Of a stretch of DNA of 64,000 nt, positions 1 to 13,304 are shown one piece after another. The notes under the pieces are model-generated. The model did not search any database and had not been told where the DNA came from. It worked only from the letters and a program-made list of their open reading frames with translations. The DNA is taken from the NCBI GenBank assembly GCA_002633005.1, contig NMRA01000061.1, positions 773,781-837,780 of the forward strand, in the 5' to 3' direction. The stretch is from Phoronis australis (lineage: Eukaryota; Animalia; Phoronida). Made by a program: the position numbers and the translations under genes. Numbering within the stretch: the stretch's first letter is position 1; every line of letters starts with the position of its first letter.

Positions 1-946
1 AAAAAATCTGCATTTCAGTCTAAAAAACAACCATTTTCAAAACCACACCAGGAGTCACTGAATAAAAATATTAAAAAAGACAGTATGTAATTCACTTCAT
101 GGGATGCAAACAATTACTATCCTAAACTGAAAAGATCAGTCATCCAAGGCTTGAAGAATATTCAAAATAGATACACTGGTTAAGCAATAAACTAGTAACA
201 GCAATAAGGGACACATGTCGCAATAAATACATCCCTAGTTTTATAGGAGTAAAACTAGCATTTCAAGCTCAACAATGCCCATACAACACAAGCAGCTTAC
301 ACATTTCCAAAACCACACAGGCAATACTGGCGTGGTACATGAATGAGGTGCACATACTATGCATTCATACACATGTGAGTAGGACATTCTCACTGACCAC
401 AATGGTCAACAAAGCTGCATGCACAATACTACCCTGCTGGCATCTCAAAGCATTTGATATATATAGAACATTGGAAATGAGTGGAGGGCACACTAACAAA
501 TGCTCTGGTGGGGCCCTTAAATCCAGTAAGGTCATAAGCTGTTGAGCAGAAAAAAACAGCTTTTCAAACAAAATTTCCAAACACAGTACAACACTTTCAA
601 ACATGATTAAGTGCCAAAAATACCGGAATTGATACCTGGGCCCTGTCATTGATCTTTTACAGGAATTGGAACTCAAAATTACGTTTGGAATTTTGTACTC
701 TACTTTTGTGCGAACTTAAGACAGGTGGCTATTATCCTATGTTCCTATTAGGGTTAGTTTACAGTTGATAAACCCAAGAAGAACCCAGTACAATAAACTG
801 GTATGTTATGAAATCCATTCTAGTTACTTCACGAAAAATAAGCAGAGCTTGGAATGAGCAATAACAAAAACAGCGGAGAAATTTCCAGCTGATGTATGAT
901 ACAAAAAAATAGGCTTGGGTGATAGACATTTTTGGATGTAAAATTN

Positions 947-1967
947 GCGATATATATACAAGCATGATTTATTTATTTTTATTTTGTAGTTGCCACTTCT
1001 CATTCTACCTAAGGTGGCCAGATCATACGCTATCAATATCACCAGACGCTTTGCTTCTCACAAGTGCACCTTTGTGTATTTTCTATCATTTTTTGCCATC
1101 GCAATCGCTTTATCAAAGGTTCGCGCACACATGCCGCGGAGTGGATACTTCTTCATCACGTATTCACATCTTCCCGTTCACAATTATATTATTTTGCATA
1201 GTTTGTCAAAATGTTGTTGACAGAAAATATTTATTTTTGGAACAACGTGAACGACGAACTGATAGGAGACTACGTGTATACATGTAACTGCTAGCCCGGA
1301 TTTTAACGTCACCGATACATGAAAACGGAATGCGCAAAGCTACAATTCCCTGCAGCCTCAACAGTGGTGATGTCACCCTCTTAGTTCGTGGAAATCGTAA
1401 CCATGATATGATTTCGAAGTTAGAGCCATCGAAGTCCGTGGGTTTAGGGCATACTGGACCGTGAATTTCGCGTCTGTACTGCAAGGGTCAACACTATGAA
1501 AATGAAATCCCCGGAGTGAGAGCTCTTCGCGGTATATTAACTCACTCACTAATCCATCATCATGAGCGCGTGATAGGAGACCGGTGACTAACTTAAACAA
1601 CGCAAAAAGATGCAGTTTGACGTTACACAAACAAAATCAAGTGCGGGCTAAGACTGTTAAAAATAGCTGCCTTTACAAAATGACTACAGCGTTGTATTGA
1701 CCAGGAAACAACCAATCTAATACATCTTGTTAACGTCACGAGTCAAATTAAAGATCAAATGTAAAGAAAACTTTCACGTTTTTCATCCAAAACTTTTTGC
1801 ATTGTCCATAATCCAATGTTTACTAGTACCGCTTGCCTTCAACCTTCGAATTAGTGGTGTTAGGCAACCGACATGAACTCATGTAACCGAGACAGTAAAA
1901 CTAGGTTAATTTATTTGACACTGTGCTTAGACGAATATGCATCGACACGCAAACTGGCATCACCCTG
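947..1967 (-). repeat. Duplicate of 5040-6060 (part of TA/TIR element copy A) sitting between two Ns; probable redundant contig
   Basis: Same 1021-bp length as 5040-6060 and no difference seen by eye; bounded exactly by N at 946 and N at 1968. The ORF track repeats with identical translations. Confidence 0.85.
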
Positions 1968-2219
1968 NTTGTTTTCAGAATTTTACGAGGAATTTGTTGA
2001 TGAATCTTTTACATGTCATTGAAAAAGGCGAAAATACAAACGCGCTAGTCATATTTCTTCAGGCAGCCCTTAGCGGCTTCACGGGCAATAAAATGTAATC
2101 GACCGAATAGATTCGTCGACCACAGATCTACCCTGTGGTTTTTCCGCTTGATCCCAGACCGCCCCGAGTTGCTCCAGCAGCCATCTCGGGGCAGTCTCTC
2201 ACGAGGGTTTAGCGTTATG

Positions 2220-5200
2220 TTTACAGTAAATTTGAATAAAAATCAGAATACAACACTAGATATTTTACTACCTCAAGTGTTTTCATGCAGCGGAATGCTC
2301 AACAAGCATCACGCATTTGCGGTCATCCGTTATTGCTCTTGATCATCACTTCATCACGCTGTATATTGCGATTTACCACAGATCATTATTGCTTATTTCT
2401 GTATAATTTCTTAATACATATATGTTGGTAGAGCAATAGAACCCAAGTTTATTTTAAGAACAACATAAACAATGGTTTGAACATAGCGCCGATAACATCT
2501 CAGCCAAATTTGTTCTAAAATTCGGTTCACTGATATCAAAATTCCAAACACATCTAATGAAGTGCAACCAATTCCGATCATTTGTTGTGACGTTTACGCA
2601 ACCTCTTTGGAGAACGTTTGATTGAAGAATATGGGAAACGGAAACTGGCTAAAAGGTGACGCAATAATTCATTGGGTCGAAAGTCGACGCATAAGATCAC
2701 ACCATAACTTTAGCAGCAGAATAATTGTAAAAAACATTTTTTTCAACGCTGGTAAATAATTTAGATTACTCTAGGAAGATTATATTCGGTCAGTTTTTAC
2801 CCCCAATGGCACAAATTTGTATATTTAATTGAGTAAACAGCTTCGCACCAAGGCTAGAGCCTTCCGAGCCCTTTGGCGCAAGAAAACAATACTTGGTGTT
2901 TTGCGTATACTTCAGTGGGTAAAACATTGAAAATAATATTTTTGGGGCAACCTGGTACATGTAATCCTAAAAAAGTAATCTGTGTTTTCACGTAGAGCGT
3001 AAAAACGATTAACCCATTGATTCAAAAAGAACACTCTCGCAAACGAAAACGCACACAATTTTCAGCTATATTAAACTGGTTAAAAAACAACTTCTATAAG
3101 TTTATTGCCTCGGATTCTAGTGATCACCAGGGCAAGTAAAACTCTTAAGGGGGCGCAATTTCAAACCTTTGGCATGAATCGGTGATATTAAAATGGAAAT
3201 AGACCGACTTAAATTCATCAGCAATGTAGACACAACAGTTACAGACCCTCACTGCGTTTGTTAACGTCTTGTGGCAATGATAAAAATAATTTTTTCTACT
3301 ATGATTGATAACAAGTTTTACTCTGATGAGGTATGATGAAATATGAATGTCTAATATGCAGATCGGCAGTTGCAAAAATATTTACTGGGTTTAATGAATC
3401 CGTTTGTTATGAACCACTGTAAAAGTATGATTACTTATTGTACATTCGAAGCACGCCTCATTAGAATAAAAAATACACGTGCTTGTTGATCCTGGGGGTA
3501 CCACTATTACAGGCATGAATGAAGATATATAAATGTTAAGCCATAGAGGATAACAAAGCTTACATAATATCACACTGAGCCATCTACACCAGGCATATAC
3601 AAAGGATACAGTATTTCAAAAGAAGCCTCAACTACTCATTTTTCATAGTACTACTAAATCACGAACTCCTAGATTTATATAAGAAGTTACATGGTACGAT
3701 GCTACACAACCTGCTCTCCCACATTGATGGGAGGCCTAATTTGAAGCATTTAACGACTTATCTTTTCTATGCAAGATTAAAACCAAGCAAAACCTGTGAA
3801 ACTCTCCAGGACTAAAAATAAATATCTCAAAACCAGAAATTTTACTTAAGCAGGAATTAAAGCAATCCAATACCTTGAGATTATTTTCACACAAAAGACC
3901 ACAGAGCAAATAAAGACCACTGGATTCACCACGTCAAGGCTGAAAATTCATCACATCAGCACCTATAATTTATCAAGTGAGGACCAACAATTCTTCACTT
4001 CAGTATCAAAATAAAATACAACCGAAATGAAAATTTAATAAGTCAGGTTCAAAAACTTACCGTGTCAGTAACTTTCACGCCAGAACACCACGTCACCATC
4101 CCCAAGCATGGATCTTTCAAAGTGATAATGTCCGTACTACATGTATAAATATAAACAAGGGCTTTATGTTCAACCTCTCGCCGACAACAGACCTATTATC
4201 TTAGAAATCCGGTTGAGTTTCTTTTGTCTAATCCACGTTTTACAATAGATGCCAAGGTATAGGTACACACTGGATTGTCACCATTGCATAATGGGTGATC
4301 ACGTAGCCTCCGGGCTTGAAAACAACTCCCTCTCCTGGCGTGATAAGTTTTCTGACACAATGAATCATGGTTGCCATTTGTTCTTGATTCTACAGAGATT
4401 TCAATTCCTGAATAGAAAATGTGTGTTCTGGATGTTTTCGCTTCAGCTTTCCATTCAGCTAACTAGTGTACAGCACAGTGTTTTTACTATCCCGTGGCTG
4501 CTCCACTGAAACGAATCACTTCTAGTATAACCTTCCGTAAATGACGTTTGTATTTTGCACATTTCTTCGGGGTAACAGTTTTCCAAGAGCAATATATTCA
4601 TTGGACAAGAATACCAGTCTCAGGTAGTCCTTGAGCTCATGCTCTGAATGTTTTGAAAACGCAACTTTTTCTTTACGCGGATACCGTTTTCTGCCGTGGA
4701 CATCGACTCGCTGAATTCATCAACCAAACATTTATTTATAAAATGCCCTCAAAAGTGTACTTTTTTAAAATACCGAGTTGACCATAGTCGTCAGTTTAGA
4801 AAAGCGAAATGAACAAATTTGTACACAGTGCTCAAAGCACTTTTTGGACATACGGAACCGCCGACGTCTCTGTCTTACAACGCTGCGTGTACTTGGCATT
4901 TCATTTCATGTTGGAAACTTTTTTAAGACTGAGCACCGTTTCAAATATATTATTTTTTCTTACAGCTGAGAACAGAAGAATTAATCTGCGCTTTTAGGAC
5001 TGAAATGGAACCAAATCTCGAGTGGTGACTCATTANGTGGCGATATATATACAAGCATGATTTATTTATTTTTATTTTGTAGTTGCCACTTCTCATTCTA
5101 CCTAAGGTGGCCAGATCATACGCTATCAATATCACCAGACGCTTTGCTTCTCACAAGTGCACCTTTGTGTATTTTCTATCATTTTTTGCCATCGCAATCG

Positions 5201-6303
5201 CTTTATCAAAGGTTCGCGCACACATGCCGCGGAGTGGATACTTCTTCATCACGTATTCACATCTTCCCGTTCACAATTATATTATTTTGCATAGTTTGTC
5301 AAAATGTTGTTGACAGAAAATATTTATTTTTGGAACAACGTGAACGACGAACTGATAGGAGACTACGTGTATACATGTAACTGCTAGCCCGGATTTTAAC
5401 GTCACCGATACATGAAAACGGAATGCGCAAAGCTACAATTCCCTGCAGCCTCAACAGTGGTGATGTCACCCTCTTAGTTCGTGGAAATCGTAACCATGAT
5501 ATGATTTCGAAGTTAGAGCCATCGAAGTCCGTGGGTTTAGGGCATACTGGACCGTGAATTTCGCGTCTGTACTGCAAGGGTCAACACTATGAAAATGAAA
5601 TCCCCGGAGTGAGAGCTCTTCGCGGTATATTAACTCACTCACTAATCCATCATCATGAGCGCGTGATAGGAGACCGGTGACTAACTTAAACAACGCAAAA
5701 AGATGCAGTTTGACGTTACACAAACAAAATCAAGTGCGGGCTAAGACTGTTAAAAATAGCTGCCTTTACAAAATGACTACAGCGTTGTATTGACCAGGAA
5801 ACAACCAATCTAATACATCTTGTTAACGTCACGAGTCAAATTAAAGATCAAATGTAAAGAAAACTTTCACGTTTTTCATCCAAAACTTTTTGCATTGTCC
5901 ATAATCCAATGTTTACTAGTACCGCTTGCCTTCAACCTTCGAATTAGTGGTGTTAGGCAACCGACATGAACTCATGTAACCGAGACAGTAAAACTAGGTT
6001 AATTTATTTGACACTGTGCTTAGACGAATATGCATCGACACGCAAACTGGCATCACCCTGACAACCTATTACCCAACTGCTTCTCCTGCCTAAAAATAGC
6101 AGCCGACCAGCTGGTCGGCTGATGGCCGGTCGGCTGAAGGGTCCGCTGAATAGTCGGCTGGGGAGTCGCCTTATGAGTCGGCACTGCGGGCGGCTGCCGG
6201 TCGGCTAATTTTTAGCCGACCGGTCGGCTAATTTGCCGACCGGTCGACGGCTAGTCGTCAACCAATTTCCGACAGGGCGGACAAAAATTCGTGATGTGTG
6301 CTG
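2220..6303 (-). mobile_element. Copy A of the ~5.1-kb Tc1-like non-autonomous TIR element (one end truncated, ~450-bp internal deletion)
   Basis: Colinear with copy C from ~32862 onward. Ends ...AAAAATTCGTGATGTGTGCTG followed by TA at 6304-6305. Junction GCCGATA|ACATCT at ~2494 skips C 33131-33584. GCCGACC sub-terminal array at 6100-6260. Strand is given by the transposase relic. Confidence 0.88.
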
Positions 6304-6717
6304 TATAGTCTATCTCTTCCAAATTTGCGAACATTCAGGCAATGATTCAGGATGCACACCTGGTTAATCGAAAATGAAAACCAGAATTTATTTCAACTTT
6401 CATGCCACTCTATTGTATCGATGCCATCACAGGAGTCTTGTTCTCCTCAGGAAGGTCTCATCATATATATGTTCAAGACAACTTGGAAATTAGAAAGTTC
6501 ACTAGACTTAACAATTTTACTTCATGGAAAGGACTCATGTAAACATGCCTGAGAATAAAACATTGACTATTGTTAATGTTTACTAACCACCCATGAATAA
6601 AGTCAGACACGCCGATCCATTCCTCAATGAATATACCCTTGAACTAACCAATCTGTCTTCACATAACATTGATTCTGCAAATGGAATTTCTCAATAGAAC
6701 GCATCATCTAAGATCAT

Positions 6718-6723
6718 TTTATT
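6718..6723 (-). promoter_or_regulatory. Candidate poly(A) signal AATAAA of the FN3-WSC gene
   Basis: Plus-strand TTTATT about 115 nt downstream of the predicted stop codon. The hexamer is common in AT-rich DNA, so support is weak. Confidence 0.3.
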
Positions 6724-6838
6724 CACCGCAAGAACCACTTTACAGCAAACTTTCTGCATCGCTTCTATTTTCACGTCGTTGTGTTTTACTCATCTAAATC
6801 TTAACACTTGAATTGCATTATGTCTCCTAATATGGATG

Positions 6839-6984
6839 TTAATTGTCAATAACGTGCTTCTCAATCCAGTTGGTGATAAGTCCAAGCATTATTTCGACTA
6901 ACAGTGATGTGCAGCTAACGAGTGACGCTGCTTTGTTCCCAGTAGGTTTGTTCTTCGATTGGCTTGCGAAAACAGAAGAAGAAT
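6839..6984 (-). CDS. Putative terminal exon of the FN3-WSC cell-surface protein (Ser-rich linker plus hydrophobic GPI-signal-like tail)
   Basis: Acceptor tctttgcAG at 6986-6985. Phase-1 entry gives (D)SSSVFASQSKNKPTGNKAASLVSCTSLLVEIMLGLITNWIEKHVIDN*, in frame with the WSC exon donor. Confidence 0.55.
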
Positions 6985-9600
6985 CTGCAAAGATACTATC
7001 AAATAAGATAAGTACGGTGGGGTAAAGTTGAAGAAACAATGTCAAAGGAAATAGTTTCACTCCGTCGTCATCATAAATTTTCATGATGTTATATTTGTAT
7101 GCAATATCATAGATCTGATTATCTCATTCTTTAAATTTATGAAATATTTGTTCATACATTCACACTGCTACGCAACAACCAGTCTGAAAATCCAGCTGCT
7201 TTCCTACATTAGGTTCCAAAAATCAAGGGATTGGAAAAGGTTAATAGCAAACAACAAGTCACACTAAAAAATGGAGTCCACACTGTTGCGTTTTATTGCT
7301 AAAAACATGTTGAAGAATATTGTCTCGAAATCGCATAGAGATATTGCATGGAAATTTCCAAGTTGTTAACCATTGATTAGTACCCAGCAAAATAACGTTT
7401 AATCAGGTCTCACCTCGAACAATACAACAGACCTTGGTGCATACGGGATTCGGGCTTATATTATTGTGCATACCTGTCTAATGACTCACAGAAGTAAGTA
7501 CAAATGTGTTTGGAAATGAACATCTTGTCGTCTTATTGTTATAGATAACTCTTTTTGCATAGATTTTTAACGGCCTATGTTTATAATTTTGTGGTCATCT
7601 AATTTCAATGCAATGGTGGGATTTGATTTGAAAAAGCCTGAATGCAGTTTTAATGCTCTAAAACAGGAAAAAATACAGACGAACGGTGAACAAGCGGCTA
7701 GTTTTGGGCTTCGTTGAAGTTTCAATTTCTTGGTCATTATCAATGGGTCAAGCTATGTAGCGTCCCCCACTAGCAAATTCAGCCAAAAATCTAACTCAAA
7801 TCCAACAAAAACATTTGGTTATGTTAACATAACTTCAGGATACAATTCATACACGTGCAATTGATAACTGACCCAGGGTACATGGATGTGAGAGATATTT
7901 TGCTTTGGAAGTCTAATTCCAAAGTTTGCCGCCTTCCCTGAAGAGGTAGCCCTGTGTTTCTCTTCGTATTAAAGCGTTTCCAAAAAGTTGAATGAAAGTA
8001 GACCAAGTGCCAGTAAAATATAACTTAAACAGTGAAAACCAAATCACGTCTTAACTTGCACACACACACACATCTATCTGTGTACGCAATTACTTCGCTC
8101 CCTAATGTCGCAGGAATAGCCAGTCTCGGGGCTAGGTTTGGTCTAAGTGTTGAATGCTCTAGACTGTATTATTAAAGGCTAGACTAGATTTTAGCGATAG
8201 GAATACCTTTGTTCGGTTTCATTTCAATTTGATTGATGTGATTATTGATATTCACAGGTTTTAGGGATAGTTGAATAATTAAGCTACCAAATCACCAGAT
8301 TTCGATTTTTTATAAAGTGCACATTCAGTTTTACCACTATAATTCCAAATCAATTATTTGTTTGCCAGTGCTTCCGATGTTTGAACGCTTCAATCCTTTG
8401 GTTATTCGGCCTTTTGTCGTCCGCCAGCGTAACAATATATTTTGCAAAGCTATTATTAAAGTGGATAGTTCGTCTTAGTTACTCATCATTATTATTTTTT
8501 CTGTTTCGTGAAACAACGTCGTCGGGTTAGAGAAGTTGCACAGAATAATTGGAATTGGCTGCAGTTCTTTCCTTTAGAGCGCCCGGACTCAACTTCGCCG
8601 TTTTCTTGGCAAGTGTCTTGCCTGCCAATTTTTTTTGAGCATTGAAGACATCACTCTTCTCCTGCGACAAGCAACCCTTTATCTGTTACAGCAATGTTAT
8701 GCATAATTTTCTACCATTATAGCACACTTTGTGGCTCTGCTACAATTAGCACTGACATAATAGTATTTCTTAATTCCGCCACAGTATGCATATTTGGAAG
8801 TTAGTTTTGTTAGGTGTTCTCCCAAATCAATCCACAACAGTTGTCCATCATAAAATGCCTCAAATTCCTCGACACCATGGACAATTCCGTCAAAACAAAA
8901 CGCACCCTTACCATTCTTAAAAAAAATTCTTATATATGTGCTAATTGCTTCGAAGGACCGGCAGTAACCGTGGCTGGAATGTTGGCAGCTTTGCGACTAA
9001 GTCTACAGCCAACTCCTGTTGAAATAATCCATACATGTACTTCAAAATTCTTGTTTGCAGGTGTTGGTAATTGCCTTCAATGGTTTTCATGAGAAGAGAC
9101 TAGAAATCCGAGTTGTCACACACGCCCACTGGCCTGGTGCTGCCTTACATTTTCACTGGCCACCTTGTTACAGTCGACTTGCGCAATAGCCGAATTAGTG
9201 TCCACATTTGTGGTCAGTGCCGGGTACAGGCGCATGAGACAAGTTGCAGCAGCAAATCCAGTACGAATTCATAAACCCTTTTACACACACAATTAAATGC
9301 GCAAAACTGCTCCTGTATTTCTTAAACCTTTATTATAATGCTCAAGTTATACAACCAAGGCGTGTTTAAACACAACATTAACCTTGGACAAACGATGGAT
9401 TCCTTGCATCAGGACCTTAGTAAGCGGTGGGAGGGCGCGTGCCACCCCAAAAAGTTGCATACCTCAGGGTCAAACCGTGGCAACCGACAAAGGTGTGGGG
9501 CTGGGGAAAGACAAAAAAAGACTTTGAATACTGATCAGAGAGAACATTGACAACTCGGTATCAGTGTATGGTTTACCATTTGAGGGCCCTGGCCAGGACA

Positions 9601-10709
9601 ATTGTTGTTAGGGTCTACGTTTTTGCAGCATAGGTCTTCTAAACGCCCTTAAAATGTGCACTTAATCATTCATACATATATTTCCAAAATTCGAGAAAAA
9701 TTGTAAAGCAAAAATTTTGCGAAGCGTATAAATTCAGTCCAAGTTTTTCAGTGGTCCATAGGCGGTGCACTACAGGGGGATGAGGGGGCTTTATCCCCCA
9801 CTTTTTTTCAGTGCTGCGCCCTCTATTCACCTCCGACATGACACTGCCAACTACTCACGAGGGAAAGTTGAGATTACAAATTCATCAAAAACACAAAACA
9901 TTCGTGCACACCACAGAAGCTGTCTTGTGAGAAATGGCCATGCGTCACTGAACTTAGTTGAAGGCTGAAGGCTGGCTTGCGAAAATTCGATCCGCATCAT
10001 CAGACCACCATATCGCAAAGAAGGACACTAAACGATTACAGTGATATTCATGAATGTCGAGCAGCTCTAAATGCTTTATTGAATTAAAAACTAGACTAAT
10101 GAAATTCAAAAATTTGAAAAGAAGTTCAAGTCATTGGTCATAAATTTGGAAAGATTGTCTTGGCACTGCCTTGATGCTTGTGGTTCCCAGAAGTATTGTG
10201 CAATGAATTTAGGCTCTTCTAAACCGAATCGTTTGCTTGCCTTTCCCGTGCATACTGCAAAAGGCTGGACACGTCGTGACTCAGCAAACGAACCCACGTT
10301 AAAAATAATGTGTAGTCATGCAGTAGACTGCCCGCATAGAATCCGCGCACTGTGATTGACGGGAAAAGAACTTGAACTGCAGGGGTTGAAGTGTGTGCAT
10401 TTTTGGGACACACGTTCATTTTCCCCAGCCGCCCGGCAGAAGCTGGACCAGTGGCCGTGTTTCAACAAGGAATTTTGATACAGCTCTATAGGCTAAGGAT
10501 TTCGGATCATACCTTTACAAAAAATCTTCAGGAAATGACCGTATTAAAATGAACTTTAAGTCCCTTAACTGGGTAAAAAAAAAACACCTTGGAGCCGGAA
10601 CACGGGTATAGGTTCGAGTTAAGCCGCACGTCTCAAATGAATCATAGCGGAGCTGACCTGCGACTAGCATTAGCGGTATCATTTTATAGCTAAAGAGTTA
10701 AGCTTTCAA
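9601..10709 (+). repeat. Dispersed repeat R2, copy 1 (unclassified, probably DNA-transposon derived)
   Basis: Aligns by eye with 45723-46773, then resumes at ~47293-47326, implying an internal deletion of about 520 bp in this copy. Confidence 0.8.
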
Positions 10710-11674
10710 TCACCAGACTTGAGGCACAGCAGACTAGATTATACGTATGAGAAAGTCACTCAGCTTCGTAATGAGGCTATGAAATATGTAAAAGGCGCAA
10801 AAATACCTCTATTGCCACAGAGGGGGTCATGGGTCGTGAGTCAAAGAGGTTGTGGGTTCAGGAGGTCGTGGATAGAGAGGTGCGAGGAGTGTGGGAGTCC
10901 AGGGGACTGATGGGTTTTTAGAACAACCCCTAATAATTTTGAAGTATGTCTGACTTTCCATGTTCTTTAACCAACTTGGCTAATACCTCTCAGTGTCTAG
11001 TGCGAGAATAGATTGTATCCTGCTGAGGTTATCTACATGTAAATATTGTCTACAATTGTTAGAGCAGGCACAAGAGAGAATACAGAACTCTCAAGTGCGG
11101 TCAGAATCCTGCAGTGAAACACATTGCCTTCGGCAGTAATCCTCTAAGGTCCACAATTCCTCTCAAAAGATACGACATTGATCTACCAGTTGAAAATAAA
11201 TGAGAAATGATGCTCAATGTGCAGTTTTAATCTAATATAATACAAATGAATATCAATTAATGAATCCACAATAGTAAAAGTATTTATGCAAATCATTACA
11301 TATCCATGATACAGGTTTGCTAGTATTGCTGATTTGATAGCTTTAAACATGCTATTACTAAATTGCTAATTCTTGATGTTTTGGCTTTTAGTTGAGATTG
11401 GTCCACAACTGTTACAATGAACTATAGATGTATAGTAAACTAGAGTGTGTAATGCTCATTCATAGAATAGTTGCACTGAGTTAACTGATCAGTACCATAC
11501 ATGTAGAATGAAAACACTGTGGATATTTTTTTTTTACCGTTGTTGTGAAATATTTTTGACTTGTTTACTGTGCGATTCGAATGCTGAAAAATGTCCCATA
11601 TAGCATTTTCTTGTAGTCGTATTAAACTAGTGAGGACAACACTTAAGTTTGTCCCGAATGTAGCGAAGGTAGGG

Positions 11675-11862
11675 TAACTCACGCCTGGCTCACGGTGCGC
11701 TCGTACTTCGTTCTCGCCGAACTCACCGTAAGTTCCGGGCACAGTTGCGCTCACGCTCATGTCAGTAGTCACGGTTTATGAAAAGCCTGCCTCTGCTGTC
11801 TATCTCAGCTTACAGTCACGCTTACTGGACGAGTCTTATAATCCAGTGGCGGTACTGTAAGC
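11675..11862 (+). repeat. Old diverged interspersed repeat; related segment at ~23378-23578
   Basis: Both segments start ACTCACGCC(T/A)GGCTCACGGT and end CAGTGGCGGTACTGTA at similar spacing, with CTCACG-rich interiors. Confidence 0.5.
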
Positions 11863-12459
11863 CATTTTTTCTCAGTACGTGCCCCATAATAATTTATGCT
11901 GAAGTCATCGTCGTTTTGCCAACACTGTTGTTCTCATTCTTACCATCGTCCCAGATTTACTCCTGTTTCGTGGATTTCCTCCTTAACTAAAGACATTTTC
12001 TTTTCTGTTAGCAATGTAAATGTAGACGTTTTTAAATGGGTAGATTTTATCCGTGTGGTTGAATGACTAATAGAACTTTGCAATGGATGAATCCAATATT
12101 AAAAGCTAACAAACAATAATTGCAGGTGGTCTGACACAAGTTGTACTAGACGTGCGCCGGCCATTCAAGTGAGCCCTTAGTAATGACCAGGTACTTTATT
12201 AACGTACAGTGAAAATTGACATTACTCAAAGGTCCAACAGTATGCCCAAGAAGGACATTCAAGACAGAGTCTGAGCTCCAATTCTCCAATTTTACTGAAT
12301 GTGTACTTAGATCAATGACAACTGTGCAAATAGACTGGAATAAATTGTAAATAGATTGGATAAATCTATTGGATGGACATAAAAACGTAATAATATTATT
12401 TATAAGGATCACAAATGCTAGTATCATAACTACAATAACAATGATCATGAAATTATTAA

Positions 12460-13130
12460 AGGTGAATGCCACCCAAAAACAACCTATTTTGTATCAATTT
12501 AGATCGAGTAGTTCTACTCGACAACGGCACGTTCGGTTGCGTTACCTGACACCTGACGGCAGACAGAGGTGTTGAAATTATCCAATGGCGTAATTGGATT
12601 CACACGCAGTCTGTTCAGCAGTTCACAACACTGGTTACTGGTGTCAGCTCATCGCTTGAATTCATCGTTTAACACCAATAAATCATCAAAATTCGGTGCA
12701 AATCCCTTAAAAATGCACCGAGTTTTCATAAAAACGTGTTGTTTTAATTCGCTGTTACGAATTTACTGGTATTTGGACACACCGTAGCCTACACAGTTCG
12801 GCAGGCCAATTTACCAAGGTCCGTAGCACTGAGGAGTTTGGGGTCTCTTCTGAGATAAATTCGAAGTATTCATCCGAGAAATACAGACAAGAGACTCTAT
12901 ATCTGTGTTGTTATACTTGTGATTTTTTGAGTTCTAAACACACAAAACGCTTGTTATCCCGGCCCGTGGCTCGGAACCCGATCAAGCCGGTCGCGGCCGG
13001 TCTGACTACAAATGTAGTTACCCAGGCCAGTGGCTCGGAACCCCATCAGCCTGTCGCTGCCGCCGGGACTGGCACGAACATAAACCAGCTTGAGCTGTAA
13101 ACTAAACCTTCAGTAACGAAAAGACTATAA
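12460..13130 (+). mobile_element. Possible Kolobok-type non-autonomous element end
   Basis: TTAA (12456-12459) followed by AGGTGAATGCCACCCAAAA matches the TTAA + purine-purine terminus pattern of Kolobok. No partner TIR found; right boundary is approximate. Confidence 0.3.
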
Positions 13131-13304
13131 TACTTAGCCAAAAAAAATAATGTGCACGTAATTATTTACATGTATACGAGTTTGCCACGAAAATGAAAAT
13201 CTACTGACTTGACGGGGGCTGCGATGACGGGTTTCCCTTCCACAGACCGTCAGGGCAAACGTTGTACGGTAACAATGAATTGAACTAGAAAGATTATTGT
13301 CAGG

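Noticed and set aside
947-1967. A fifth genuine copy of the TIR element
   Set aside because: Apparently identical to 5040-6060 and delimited exactly by Ns; most likely a redundant contig.
5057-5723. Short ORFs (76-107 aa) recurring in up to five places as a conserved gene family
   Set aside because: They recur only because they lie in the same repeat; starts, stops and frames vary between copies, and several are antisense or off-frame to the transposase relic.
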